From assembly GCA_018830005.1 (NCBI GenBank), contig JAHJTE010000003.1:71674-135673 (forward strand): a stretch of DNA of 64,000 bases. The letters are read 5' to 3'. A program made the position numbers and the translations under genes. Within the stretch, counting starts at the first letter, position 1; every line of letters begins with the position of its first letter. The DNA is from Candidatus Omnitrophota bacterium. GTDB taxonomy: Bacteria; Omnitrophota; Gorgyraeia; JAHJTE01. Positions 31,449 through 40,779 of the stretch are shown here, piece by piece. Under the pieces are notes generated by a model that had not been told where the DNA came from, searched no databases, and worked only from the letters and a program-made list of their open reading frames with translations.

Positions 31449-32219
31449 TTAGCTTACTAAAATTCTAATCCCGGTTAATACGCCAATTATAATCAATAAA
31501 AAACAAAAATCTTTTATCTTTAGTTGAAAGTCATCTATTGTCTTTATCTGACCATCAAATCCTCTTGAACACATAGCAAGATATACACCCTCTCCTCTCT
31601 CATAGGTCCTTATAAATAATACACCGATCATGTTGGCAAGAACCTTAGCGTGAAGCCATCTTGAGCCGCCCACAGAACGCGCTTCTTTTGCCTGTCTCAT
31701 TTTCATTAATTCATCCTGAACTACAAAAATATAGCGATACATAAAGGAAAGAATCATAATAAAAACCGCGGGAAGTCTCAATTTCTCAAGAGCCTTTAAA
31801 AGATCTGATAACTTTGTACTAGTTATAAGAAGTATCATAGATAGAATACTCAAATATGCCTTAATCAGAATATTCCAAAAAATCATCAAGCCGTCATAAG
31901 TCACAGTCAACTTTAAAGTGCCAAAAGAATACCCGCCAGCAACTTCACCTTTTTTAAAGAAGGGAATAAAAATAGCGATCATTAGAACAAATGGTATTAT
32001 TACCAGTGACCTTTTCAGAATAAACCTGAGTGGAATTTTTGATAGTAAAATCAAAGCAGCAATAAGTACTCCATATAAGGCAAAAGCAATAAACGACGTC
32101 GGCCTTGTAAAAATTACAAATAAGATAAACGTAACCAGACAGCTAATCTTAACCCTTGGGTCGAGTTTATGTATAAAACTATCTACATTACTGTATTTAT
32201 CAATATATCCGTGCTTCAT
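31449..32219 (-). CDS. nikQ: CbiQ/NikQ transmembrane T component
   Basis: Five TM helices; operon position between the PDGLE protein and the ATPase. Confidence 0.75.
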   Translation of the reverse strand: MKHGYIDKYSNVDSFIHKLDPRVKISCLVTFILFVIFTRPTSFIAFALYGVLIAALILLSKIPLRFILKRSLVIIPFVLMIAIFIPFFKKGEVAGGYSFGTLKLTVTYDGLMIFWNILIKAYLSILSMILLITSTKLSDLLKALEKLRLPAVFIMILSFMYRYIFVVQDELMKMRQAKEARSVGGSRWLHAKVLANMIGVLFIRTYERGEGVYLAMCSRGFDGQIKTIDDFQLKIKDFCFLLIIIGVLTGIRILVS

Positions 32220-32509
32220 TAAATTTCACGGCACTTAATTAAAGCTGCTAAACCATACCCTATACCAAAAACCAATAAGGTTCCTGCTATGCCAGCGGTC
32301 GAAGTAGCTAACTTTTCACTTTTAAGGTGCGGCCAGACATAATCAGGAATAGGAGATGAAAAAACTGGTTCAACTTCTCCCTTTTCTAAAAATCCTTTAT
32401 CTTCAGCGACTTTTTCCAATCCATCTGGCCAGGATGAAGCAAATGGAGAAAGTGCCACTGCAAAAAAAATAGCCATCATTAAACCAAAAAGGATCTCTTT
32501 CTTATCCAT
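32219..32509 (-). CDS. PDGLE domain protein (CbiN/NikN-substituting component)
   Basis: Contains the literal SSWPDGLEKV motif, flanked by two TM helices. Start taken at the internal Met (MDKKEIL) just after the nikM stop. Confidence 0.6.
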   Translation of the reverse strand: MDKKEILFGLMMAIFFAVALSPFASSWPDGLEKVAEDKGFLEKGEVEPVFSSPIPDYVWPHLKSEKLATSTAGIAGTLLVFGIGYGLAALIKCREI

Positions 32510-32511
32510 AA

Positions 32512-33147
32512 TTATTCCCCTCCCCTGTATATCAAATCTGGTCTTACCTTTAAAACAAAGCCGATAACTAAACAAGTAATTATTGCTTCGCCAATTCCAA
32601 TAAAAACATGTACTCCTAGCATCGCAGGAAGTGCAACCCTCAATGGTGAAGTGCCTGAGATAGCCAACTCAACAGCACATGCGCTTGAAGCAAGAACTAC
32701 GGAAACCCATGCTGCTATACCTGCCCCAATAATAATCCCTTTGTTATCACTGATAATTTTCCTTATTATATTATAGATAAAATATCCCCCAATAGCTCCT
32801 ATAAAAGACATATTGAAGATATTTGCTCCTAACGCCGTTAAACCGCCATCCTGGAAGATAAGGCATTGAGCAGTTAACACTACCGCAATTACAATTGCCC
32901 CTGCATATGGTCCAAGCAAAACCACTGCTAAGACTCCACCTAACAAGTGCCCTGAAGTCCCTCCCATTACAGGGAAATTAAGCATTTGAGCTGCAAAGAT
33001 AAATGCAGCCATTACTCCCATCAAAGGCACCATTCTATCTTTTAAAACTAAGGCTGTCTTTTTTAGACAATAACCAATCCCTCCTACTGAAATTAGCCAG
33101 GCAGGCACCCAAGTATTTACCGCCAAAAATCCGTCTGGTATATGCAT
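32512..33147 (-). CDS. nikM: CbiM/NikM substrate-capture component
   Basis: N-terminal MHIPDGFL motif (metal-coordinating N-terminus) and seven TM helices. Confidence 0.85.
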   Translation of the reverse strand: MHIPDGFLAVNTWVPAWLISVGGIGYCLKKTALVLKDRMVPLMGVMAAFIFAAQMLNFPVMGGTSGHLLGGVLAVVLLGPYAGAIVIAVVLTAQCLIFQDGGLTALGANIFNMSFIGAIGGYFIYNIIRKIISDNKGIIIGAGIAAWVSVVLASSACAVELAISGTSPLRVALPAMLGVHVFIGIGEAIITCLVIGFVLKVRPDLIYRGGE

Positions 33148-33164
33148 GATTTTATCTCCTTTAT

Positions 33165-34436
33165 TTAAAAATCGACTTGCGTTCTTAATCCCCCAACAAC
33201 AATGGTATTATCTCCATTCGTTGCGTCATCACCATAAGGATTCCAGATTACCTGAATATCCGGGCTTAGAGTTAGGTGGTCATTTGCCTTAAAGCTGTAA
33301 TAGGTCTCAAGATGTCCTTCATCTTTTGCATTCAGACTACCTGCCTTCTTGTAATCATCCGAAGGGATGGCTTGACCGATAGCTACGGCAAACATGTCTT
33401 CGTCTCTACCCCATAGGCTCCCACTTAGTTGTAAACCTGTACTCCAAGAGTGCTCTAAGGAAAAATCATCATCTAATCCATTTAGGCGCTGTTTGGGATC
33501 TTGCCAGCCGTACCTTAGAAAAGCCCCCAGATTATCAGTTAGCTCTTGATCAAAGCTTAAGCCAAAACCACAGGCCTCTTCTTTGGTCTTTGCAGAATCA
33601 GACCATTTAGCATGTTCTCTGTCATTGAGCCACCCTAGAATACGATAGTTTCCAGGCCTGTCAAATAGGTTTGGTTTAAAATTAACCTGAACAGCATAAA
33701 AGATATTATCAAACATATCCTCCCAGTCAGAATCTGCATCCACTAGCACTAACTCTACATCAACAAAATCAGCTGGCACAATGTTAAGGCGAATACCTGC
33801 AGCATTATCAGCGAATTCAACAGTAGGTGAATTCCTGAAGATTCGTCCTAAGAATTGAGAGCCTTCATCATTAGCATATTCATTGGTATCAATAAAACAA
33901 GTTGCATCAATCTTTCCAAAGGTCAAGGTTAAAGGCAAACTCCTTAGATAATGCTCATACCATACTTCAGTTAATCTCATATTTTCATCGTTATCTGCAT
34001 CACGGTTAACATTGCTGAATATCTTTAATTCATCCTCAACACCTGCGCCACCGCCAGTCTCAAAATGGATATATCCCTTACCATAATCTTCAAATTCCTT
34101 CTCCAATTCCAAATCTATGGAATATGAGGCATCGGTTGTGTCTTGCCCGTTCTTGGATAAACTATCCCCGTTGGCCTTGGATGTGCCCTGAACAACAAAG
34201 GTAGCTCCTGCGCCAATCGTAAGCCCATCGAACGCCTCCTTAATTTTTGCCAAAGTTTCCTGAGATTCTACCTGTTCGCCAATTCTTTCCTCTTGTTCAA
34301 CCAATTTACTTTCTAAGTTTATAATTCTTGCCTTTAAATCTACAATTTCATCTTGAATACTTTGTGCAAAAGTAACATTGCAGGAAAAGAAAAATAAACC
34401 AACCAAAGCCAACCCTTGAAGCACTATTTTAAACAT
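33165..34436 (-). CDS. Outer-membrane beta-barrel (porin-like) protein with N-terminal coiled coil
   Basis: Signal peptide, ~45-aa heptad coiled coil, then alternating amphipathic beta strands ending in a C-terminal Phe (TQVDF). Confidence 0.5.
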   Translation of the reverse strand: MFKIVLQGLALVGLFFFSCNVTFAQSIQDEIVDLKARIINLESKLVEQEERIGEQVESQETLAKIKEAFDGLTIGAGATFVVQGTSKANGDSLSKNGQDTTDASYSIDLELEKEFEDYGKGYIHFETGGGAGVEDELKIFSNVNRDADNDENMRLTEVWYEHYLRSLPLTLTFGKIDATCFIDTNEYANDEGSQFLGRIFRNSPTVEFADNAAGIRLNIVPADFVDVELVLVDADSDWEDMFDNIFYAVQVNFKPNLFDRPGNYRILGWLNDREHAKWSDSAKTKEEACGFGLSFDQELTDNLGAFLRYGWQDPKQRLNGLDDDFSLEHSWSTGLQLSGSLWGRDEDMFAVAIGQAIPSDDYKKAGSLNAKDEGHLETYYSFKANDHLTLSPDIQVIWNPYGDDATNGDNTIVVGGLRTQVDF

Positions 34437-34529
34437 AGCCCCAATCCTCCTTATTTTTGTGCTTCCTCTGGTTGTCCAGTCGGTATCGCAAATAGTATAC
34501 CTTTAGCTCTGTTGATACAGTAGCTTCTC

Positions 34530-34676
34530 TTAATTAAAACGTTTTTTCTCTTTTTTTTCAATCTGGACAATTTCTGAATTATGTATCGCGATCACCACCT
34601 CACCATAGTTTATTTCATGGATAGCTTTTACAATTTCTTTCATTATGTTATTCTCTATATCTTTCTTTTGATTCAT
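34530..34676 (-). CDS. Unannotated 48-aa YezD/DUF2292-like small protein
   Basis: Manual translation gives MNQKKDIENNIMKEIVKAIHEINYGEVVIAIHNSEIVQIEKKEKKRFN. The YGxVxIxIxxxxIVQIEKxEKxR pattern resembles the YezD family. Confidence 0.4.
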   Translation of the reverse strand: MNQKKDIENNIMKEIVKAIHEINYGEVVIAIHNSEIVQIEKKEKKRFN

Positions 34677-34752
34677 ATCTTTTAGTTTGATTATACTATT
34701 GCTACTTTTTAATAATTCGTGCTACTATTAGTTAAAAAAATAATACTAGCTA

Positions 34753-35166
34753 CTAAATCCCCTTGCCAGCACTTGACATACTCAGTGTACCATGTTTTAC
34801 GCCTTTTACTGATTTCAAGGTATCAGCTAATTCTTGGGCTTCTCTAGGACTTCCCTTTACAGCAATTATCTCTAAACAGTTATCATGATCTAAATGTATA
34901 TGTTGAGTAGAAATGATTAGCTTTTGAAAATCATGCTGAATATCTGTAAGCTTATTAATCAGCTCTCTTTTATGGTGGTCATAAATAAGAGTGATCGCAC
35001 CAGCAATTTCTTTGCCACCTTGCCACTCCTGCTTTATTAATTCCTGTCGAATTAGATCCCTGATAGCCTCAGAGCGGTTAGTGTAGCCTTTGCGCTTAAT
35101 TTCTTTATCAAAATCAAGCAGCAGAGGTTCTTCCATTGCTATACCAAATCTAACTAACTTTTTCAT
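34753..35166 (-). CDS. nikR: Nickel-responsive regulator NikR
   Basis: Ribbon-helix-helix N-terminus (RFGIAMEEPLLLDFDKEIKRKGYTNRSEAIRDLIR) and C-terminal metal-binding domain with H-x13-H...HxH...C ligands (HHKRE...HDF...HIHLDHDNC). Confidence 0.8.
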   Translation of the reverse strand: MKKLVRFGIAMEEPLLLDFDKEIKRKGYTNRSEAIRDLIRQELIKQEWQGGKEIAGAITLIYDHHKRELINKLTDIQHDFQKLIISTQHIHLDHDNCLEIIAVKGSPREAQELADTLKSVKGVKHGTLSMSSAGKGI

Positions 35167-35300
35167 ATTTGTCAGTGTTATGTTTTTTATAAAGATAACA
35201 CGAGGTAAGCTTCTTGTCAAGTCTTTTTATGGACAAAAACCCTGCTTTAAAAAGGCTGGAAAACTAACAAAAGAGTTGATCTTTATAATAAATCAGAAGA

Positions 35301-35981
35301 TTAAAAGGAGAACTTCAATTTTGTTCCCAATACATGGTAGTCATCCCACTCATCGTTCTTTTCGCTACTCTGCCAAAGATAAAAAATATCTGTTTTTAGG
35401 TTCGTAAATAATTTAAGATTGAAACCCGTATAGAGCCTATTTCTGTTTAGGGTTTCTTTATCAAAGTCATAAAATATTTCATCCGCTATATAGGGCTCAA
35501 GCTCAAGCCTTGTTAGTTTAATTGGTACTTTTAGCGTGAATTTATTCCTATATCTCCAATAGTTATCTGCTTCTTCTCTATTCTTATATTCTAACCTTGC
35601 TCTATTGCTGAGTGAAAAATCTAACAATTTCCATTTAACTGTGGCATTAAAATGCGGTATATTCTCATATCGCCAGATGCTGCTTTTTTCTTCAAATGCC
35701 TGCCTATAATTAATGCCCAAATCTAACCATTCAACCACTCCTGAATAAACAAATCCTAAATCTGAATGCTGGTAATAAAAATTACTTGCATCATCGCCAT
35801 AACGAAATTCTACCTCAAATTGCCCTTTCCAATCATCATTGATTTTCCAAGAGGCGCTCTCTGTGTTCCAGTATTGAAAATCACCATCATCAAAAGCAAA
35901 GCATAATTTATAAGCAAATAAAACTAAAAAGCCACAAATTCCTATAATAGATCCTACGCCTCTATTCATCTTCATCCTCAA
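35301..35981 (-). CDS. DUF2490-like outer-membrane beta-barrel protein
   Basis: Signal/TM N-terminus, aromatic-rich alternating strands, C-terminal KLKFSF. Confidence 0.45.
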   Translation of the reverse strand: MRMKMNRGVGSIIGICGFLVLFAYKLCFAFDDGDFQYWNTESASWKINDDWKGQFEVEFRYGDDASNFYYQHSDLGFVYSGVVEWLDLGINYRQAFEEKSSIWRYENIPHFNATVKWKLLDFSLSNRARLEYKNREEADNYWRYRNKFTLKVPIKLTRLELEPYIADEIFYDFDKETLNRNRLYTGFNLKLFTNLKTDIFYLWQSSEKNDEWDDYHVLGTKLKFSF

Positions 35982-36155
35982 CTATAAAAATCTTCTCCTT
36001 TGCCATAATTACTCCTTTAATTATTGCGCAAACCTGAGGAGTCTAAATGTCGTTTATTTACTATTCTACTGCAAAAAAACCCTATACAATCTTTTTAGAC
36101 GCTATAGGGTTGACATAATTATACAAATAAATACTTATCTGCTAACTAAAGGTTT

Positions 36156-38042
36156 CTAATTATTTTTTAACTTCTCTGGTGAAATATAATCCCCAAACTG
36201 CTTACGTGCTTTAAGTAGGCGTTCGCGCTGCTGTCCTAACACTTCAAAGAGTAGATCTGGCGTATCAGTGACATTATCTCTGTAAAACTTCTCTACCCGA
36301 TCAAGCTTAGCTATATTCTCAGGGATACGAATAGTAAATTGCTTGATATAATCTTCCTTTGCGTAATCCTTTTTCAAGACTTGGGAAAAAAGCGCCCGCA
36401 GATCATCATATTCAGGAATCCAACCAGTAGGACATTGTATCGCGCCAACTTCATTATGTATACGCAGTTCCATCCACTTCACCCACACATGCTTATCACG
36501 AACAGCATTTAAGAATTTACCTTCTTCATCTCGAAGAAAGTAGTTAACGCCGAAAACAATGGGTGCTACTTTGAGCTTTTTCCCAAACTCTAAGTTATTA
36601 AGTATATACTTACCTAAAGGAATAGAGACAAAATCCTGGATGCTCATCAAGTTTATTTCAGGCACACCTTCTTTACCAATAGTTGCAAAGGTTGTTTCAG
36701 TCTCGAGCGAGGCGCCGTAAGCGATAATACCATGCTCCCAATTATAGCTCTGCTGCACCGGCACATAGCCTTTAGCATCTCTTCCACCGTACATTATACC
36801 AGCTAATTCTACCCCATTTGGATTATTCAACTCAGGATCAACATTCTCGAGAACCTCTAACCTAACAGCGTAGCGGGCATTTTTATGAGCTGCGGGGATT
36901 TTATTGCCTTCTTCATCAACCTTGCCTTCATGCCAGGCACCTGAAAAATTCACTCCTTCCTTAGGAAGCTCACAATGCATTCCTAACCAATAGGGTCTAG
37001 CGTTATTTACCAAAATGTTAGAAAATATAATTTCACCCGGACTGCTTAAGGTTTTATAAATCACAGGGTCATCAGTAGGGTTGATATTCTGAATAATGCC
37101 AAAAATTCCCGATTCGGCATTCACTGCCCTCGCCTTACCATCGATATTGCGAAAGTATGCAATATCATCGCCTACTACTGTTTCTCCAGGAAGCATAGCT
37201 GTAGAAGTTTTTCCGCAGGCGCTGGGAAAAGCTCCTGCTAAATAGGTTTTTCGTCCCTTGGGTCCATGTACTCCCACTAACAACATATGCTCAGCAAGCC
37301 ATCCCTCTCTATCAGCCTTGCGAATGGTAAGACGAAGTGCAAGCTTCTTTAAACCAATGGTGTTACCGGCATACTGACTATTAACGCTATAGATAGTATC
37401 CTGCGTGTAATCGACATAAATACGCTTCTTATCTAAGTCTACACTTACCATATGCTTATTCATTTTGCCTACTGAATGCAAAATACAGAAAAGTTCAGAC
37501 TGACTTACTCCTTGCTTAAACATTTCATATGCTGGCCGATAAAGAAGATCCTTACTGTGAGCCACGTACCAAGAATCCGTACACTGCACACAAGGAATGC
37601 TAAAGATAGAATTGGTTGGCCCTAATGAAAGGAAGCGCACAATCATGCTGCGACCCTGCATAGAGCCTTTAAGTAGTTCCTTTACCTCTTTTAATCCCTC
37701 TTCTCGCCCAATCTTATTCAAGGCCTTGCTTAAGGTATCAGTTTTAGGCACAAGATACTTTGTAGCTTTTCTATCCCGGCCCTGATCCTTGATGCCGTCA
37801 AAGTGATAAGTGTGTCCTGGAATCGCCAACGGCTTTTCCTCACCCTTTGAAACTGCCTGCTTACGCACATGAGAGATATCTTCTTTAGAGTCGCTACAGA
37901 CAAATATATCTTTCGGATTACAAAGCTGGGCGCATTCAAAAACAAACTGATGAACTTTAGGATTTGCTATCGCGCACAACTTCTGATAGTTAGCCTTATC
38001 CAGCTTGGATTTTAATTCTTCACTAAAACTACTCGACTTCAT
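36156..38042 (-). CDS. pckG: Phosphoenolpyruvate carboxykinase (GTP)
   Basis: FPSACGKTSTAML kinase-1a motif and GTP-PEPCK-length protein (628 aa). Confidence 0.9.
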   Translation of the reverse strand: MKSSSFSEELKSKLDKANYQKLCAIANPKVHQFVFECAQLCNPKDIFVCSDSKEDISHVRKQAVSKGEEKPLAIPGHTYHFDGIKDQGRDRKATKYLVPKTDTLSKALNKIGREEGLKEVKELLKGSMQGRSMIVRFLSLGPTNSIFSIPCVQCTDSWYVAHSKDLLYRPAYEMFKQGVSQSELFCILHSVGKMNKHMVSVDLDKKRIYVDYTQDTIYSVNSQYAGNTIGLKKLALRLTIRKADREGWLAEHMLLVGVHGPKGRKTYLAGAFPSACGKTSTAMLPGETVVGDDIAYFRNIDGKARAVNAESGIFGIIQNINPTDDPVIYKTLSSPGEIIFSNILVNNARPYWLGMHCELPKEGVNFSGAWHEGKVDEEGNKIPAAHKNARYAVRLEVLENVDPELNNPNGVELAGIMYGGRDAKGYVPVQQSYNWEHGIIAYGASLETETTFATIGKEGVPEINLMSIQDFVSIPLGKYILNNLEFGKKLKVAPIVFGVNYFLRDEEGKFLNAVRDKHVWVKWMELRIHNEVGAIQCPTGWIPEYDDLRALFSQVLKKDYAKEDYIKQFTIRIPENIAKLDRVEKFYRDNVTDTPDLLFEVLGQQRERLLKARKQFGDYISPEKLKNN

Positions 38043-38172
38043 ATATATCTCCCTAAAATTAACGCCACATCGGGTGAGGTGAATTTAACTTTCAATTATA
38101 CACTTAAAAACAAAAAGCCTCAAGATAAAACTTGAGGCTCATCCCGTAGCTAAAAAGGGGGCAGCTAAGAAC

Positions 38173-39636
38173 CTAATGTCTCTTGGCTATTTGCGTATAA
38201 AGCCTAATATATTCTTTGGCAGACTTCTCCCAAGAAAAATCAAAACCCATTGCCCTTTTAAGCAGTTTAATCCATTCTTTTTTATTAGAATAAACAGAAA
38301 TGGCTCTTTTTAAAGCATTAATAAAATCATCAGTATTGGCCTGATTGAATTTAAAACCATTACCTGAGACAGGATCCTGCGAATAATCAATAATGGTATC
38401 ATCAAGACCGCCAACCGCCCTTACCACAGGTATAGTGCCGTATCTCAAACTATACATCTGATTTAAGCCGCACGGCTCGTAACGTGAAGGCATAAGAAAC
38501 ATATCAGAACCTGCCTCAATTTTGTGGGCCAGGGCGTTATCAAAAGTAATTTTTATGCCTATATTCTTTGGGTATTTCCTAGCCAATTCTCTCAATAGCT
38601 TATGATATTTCTCATCACCGGTCCCCAAGATTACTACATTAGCGCCGAGTTTTATAATTTGAGCCATAGCAGCACAAACTATATCTATACCTTTTTGTTC
38701 AGCTAGCCTGCTTATTATTCCTAATAAAGGAGCGTCTAAAGATGCCTTTAGTTTCATTTGGCTCAATAAGTCCTTCTTGCACATAAGCTTTTTGTCTAAA
38801 GTAGTTATATCATATCTAGTTTTAATAAACTTATCCAACTTTGGATTCCAATCAGAATAGTCCACTCCATTCAATATTCCATAAAGGGCGTCTTTGCGTA
38901 GATTAAGAAGGCCCTCTAATCCACAGCCGAATTCTTTGGTTAAAATCTCACGTGCATATCCTTTGCTTACCGTGCTAATTGCATCAGAATAAAGTATGCC
39001 TGCCTTTATAAAGCTGCCTCTGCCGTAAAATTCAAGAGACTCAGGGGTAAAAAATTCATAACCAATGCCTATTTCTGGCATTATCTCTTTTTCGAAAAGC
39101 CCCTGATAGGCTAAATTATGTATAGTGAAAAGTGTTCCTGAATTCTTAAAAAGCTCAGTATTTTCTCCTGCGTATTTCAAATAAAAGGGGGTTAATGCTG
39201 TCTGCCAATCATTACAATGAATAACGTCTGGCCTGAAACCAATAGCAGCAATAGAAGTCAGGACCGACTTAGCAAAAAAGGCAAAACGATGGGCATTATC
39301 CGGATAATCCTGGACCGAGGTGCCGTAGAGAAAATCCCTATCAAAAAACTCAGGTCTATCTATAAAAAAGAAATCACATTTTTCTCTCTTGCATTGATAA
39401 AGAGAAAAATAAATATCCACATTGCCTACCCTTGTCTTTAAATCTTTCTTTACCAGTCTTATTTCGAAGTCCTTGCCTTTAACCTTTGTCTGGCGGTAAT
39501 ACGGCAAAAATACTGCCACATTGCAACCTAAAGATTTAAGCTCTATAGGCAAAATACCAGTTACGTCGGCTAAGCCGCCTGTTTTAGCAAAAGGGGTGAC
39601 TTCTGAAGAGAGCAACAGAATTTTTAAATTTTTCAT
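38173..39636 (-). CDS. glgA: Glycogen synthase (GT5)
   Basis: N-terminal SSEVTPFAKTGGLADV motif characteristic of bacterial GlgA. Confidence 0.9.
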   Translation of the reverse strand: MKNLKILLLSSEVTPFAKTGGLADVTGILPIELKSLGCNVAVFLPYYRQTKVKGKDFEIRLVKKDLKTRVGNVDIYFSLYQCKREKCDFFFIDRPEFFDRDFLYGTSVQDYPDNAHRFAFFAKSVLTSIAAIGFRPDVIHCNDWQTALTPFYLKYAGENTELFKNSGTLFTIHNLAYQGLFEKEIMPEIGIGYEFFTPESLEFYGRGSFIKAGILYSDAISTVSKGYAREILTKEFGCGLEGLLNLRKDALYGILNGVDYSDWNPKLDKFIKTRYDITTLDKKLMCKKDLLSQMKLKASLDAPLLGIISRLAEQKGIDIVCAAMAQIIKLGANVVILGTGDEKYHKLLRELARKYPKNIGIKITFDNALAHKIEAGSDMFLMPSRYEPCGLNQMYSLRYGTIPVVRAVGGLDDTIIDYSQDPVSGNGFKFNQANTDDFINALKRAISVYSNKKEWIKLLKRAMGFDFSWEKSAKEYIRLYTQIAKRH

Positions 39637-39638
39637 TT

Positions 39639-40670
39639 TTAGACTTGGGCTTCTTTCAAGTATTTAGCTGCTAACTCTGGCGAGACTGGATTAATATAAA
39701 AACCGCTTCCCCATTCAAATCCCGCTACCTTAGTAAGCTTGGGGAAAAGCTCTATATGCCAATGATAATCCTGTTCGATTGTCTGCCAATAGCCAGTACG
39801 AGAGAAACGATTTGGCGAGGCATGAATTATGTAATTATATTCAGGATCATTTAATACTTTATTATATCTGGCCAGAATTACCTTTAAGATGTCCGCCAGA
39901 GACCTTATGTCCTGCTTTATCTTTGGATCATAGAAATCAATGCTGTGCTCTTTGGGCATTATACAAACCTCGAATGGAAAACGCGAGGCATAAGGACAAA
40001 AGCTTATAAATGCGTCATTCTCGTAGATTATCCTTTCCCCCCAGGACTTCTCCTGCTCCATTAAATCGCAGAAAATACAGCGTTCCTTCATCTTAAAATA
40101 TAAATTCGCGCCCTTTAATTCTTCCTTCACTCTTTTGGGGGTAATCGGAAGGGCTATAATCTGATGATGCGGATGCGCCAAAGAGGCTCCGGCATTGCTT
40201 CCTTTATTTTTAAAAACCAGGATGTAACGAAACCTGTGGTCTTTATGCAAATCTTCGATTCTATATTGAAGCACGCTTATGACATCCACAATCTCATCAA
40301 TTGACTGATCTTTTATTTCTTTATGGTGGTCTGTATTTTCAATAACCACTTCGTGTGCTCCGAAATTAGTCATCATGTCATGAAGTCCGAATCCTTTTTT
40401 CTCAATGGGGATATCAATGCTTAAGGCTGGAAACTTATTCGGCACCACTCTTATGCGCCAGCCTGGCTCATCGGGCTTTGTGTTGGGATCGCGTAAGCTA
40501 TAAATTTCAGGCGGGGTTATCTTTTCCTTACCAACGCAAAAAGGGCATTTCTCAATATTATCCGGAGGGCTTTCTTTTTTCTCGCTGACAAAAGCGTCAG
40601 GCCGCTTATTTCTCTCTGTGGCAATAATTACCCATCTACCCAAAACCGGATCTTTTCTAAGTTCTCCCAT
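39639..40670 (-). CDS. GalT-like HIT-family hexose-1-phosphate nucleotidyltransferase (possible ADP-glucose phosphorylase)
   Basis: CPFCVG zinc motif and HPHHQI active-site HxHxQ motif. Sits 3 nt downstream of glgA. Confidence 0.75.
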   Translation of the reverse strand: MGELRKDPVLGRWVIIATERNKRPDAFVSEKKESPPDNIEKCPFCVGKEKITPPEIYSLRDPNTKPDEPGWRIRVVPNKFPALSIDIPIEKKGFGLHDMMTNFGAHEVVIENTDHHKEIKDQSIDEIVDVISVLQYRIEDLHKDHRFRYILVFKNKGSNAGASLAHPHHQIIALPITPKRVKEELKGANLYFKMKERCIFCDLMEQEKSWGERIIYENDAFISFCPYASRFPFEVCIMPKEHSIDFYDPKIKQDIRSLADILKVILARYNKVLNDPEYNYIIHASPNRFSRTGYWQTIEQDYHWHIELFPKLTKVAGFEWGSGFYINPVSPELAAKYLKEAQV

Positions 40671-40779
40671 ATGCCCTCTCTTTCAACAATATGACTTAAC
40701 TTATAGCCGAATAAAACAAAATTTAAAAAATAATTAACTATGCGATTATATCAAAATTCCCCACAAAGTCAATAAGTTG

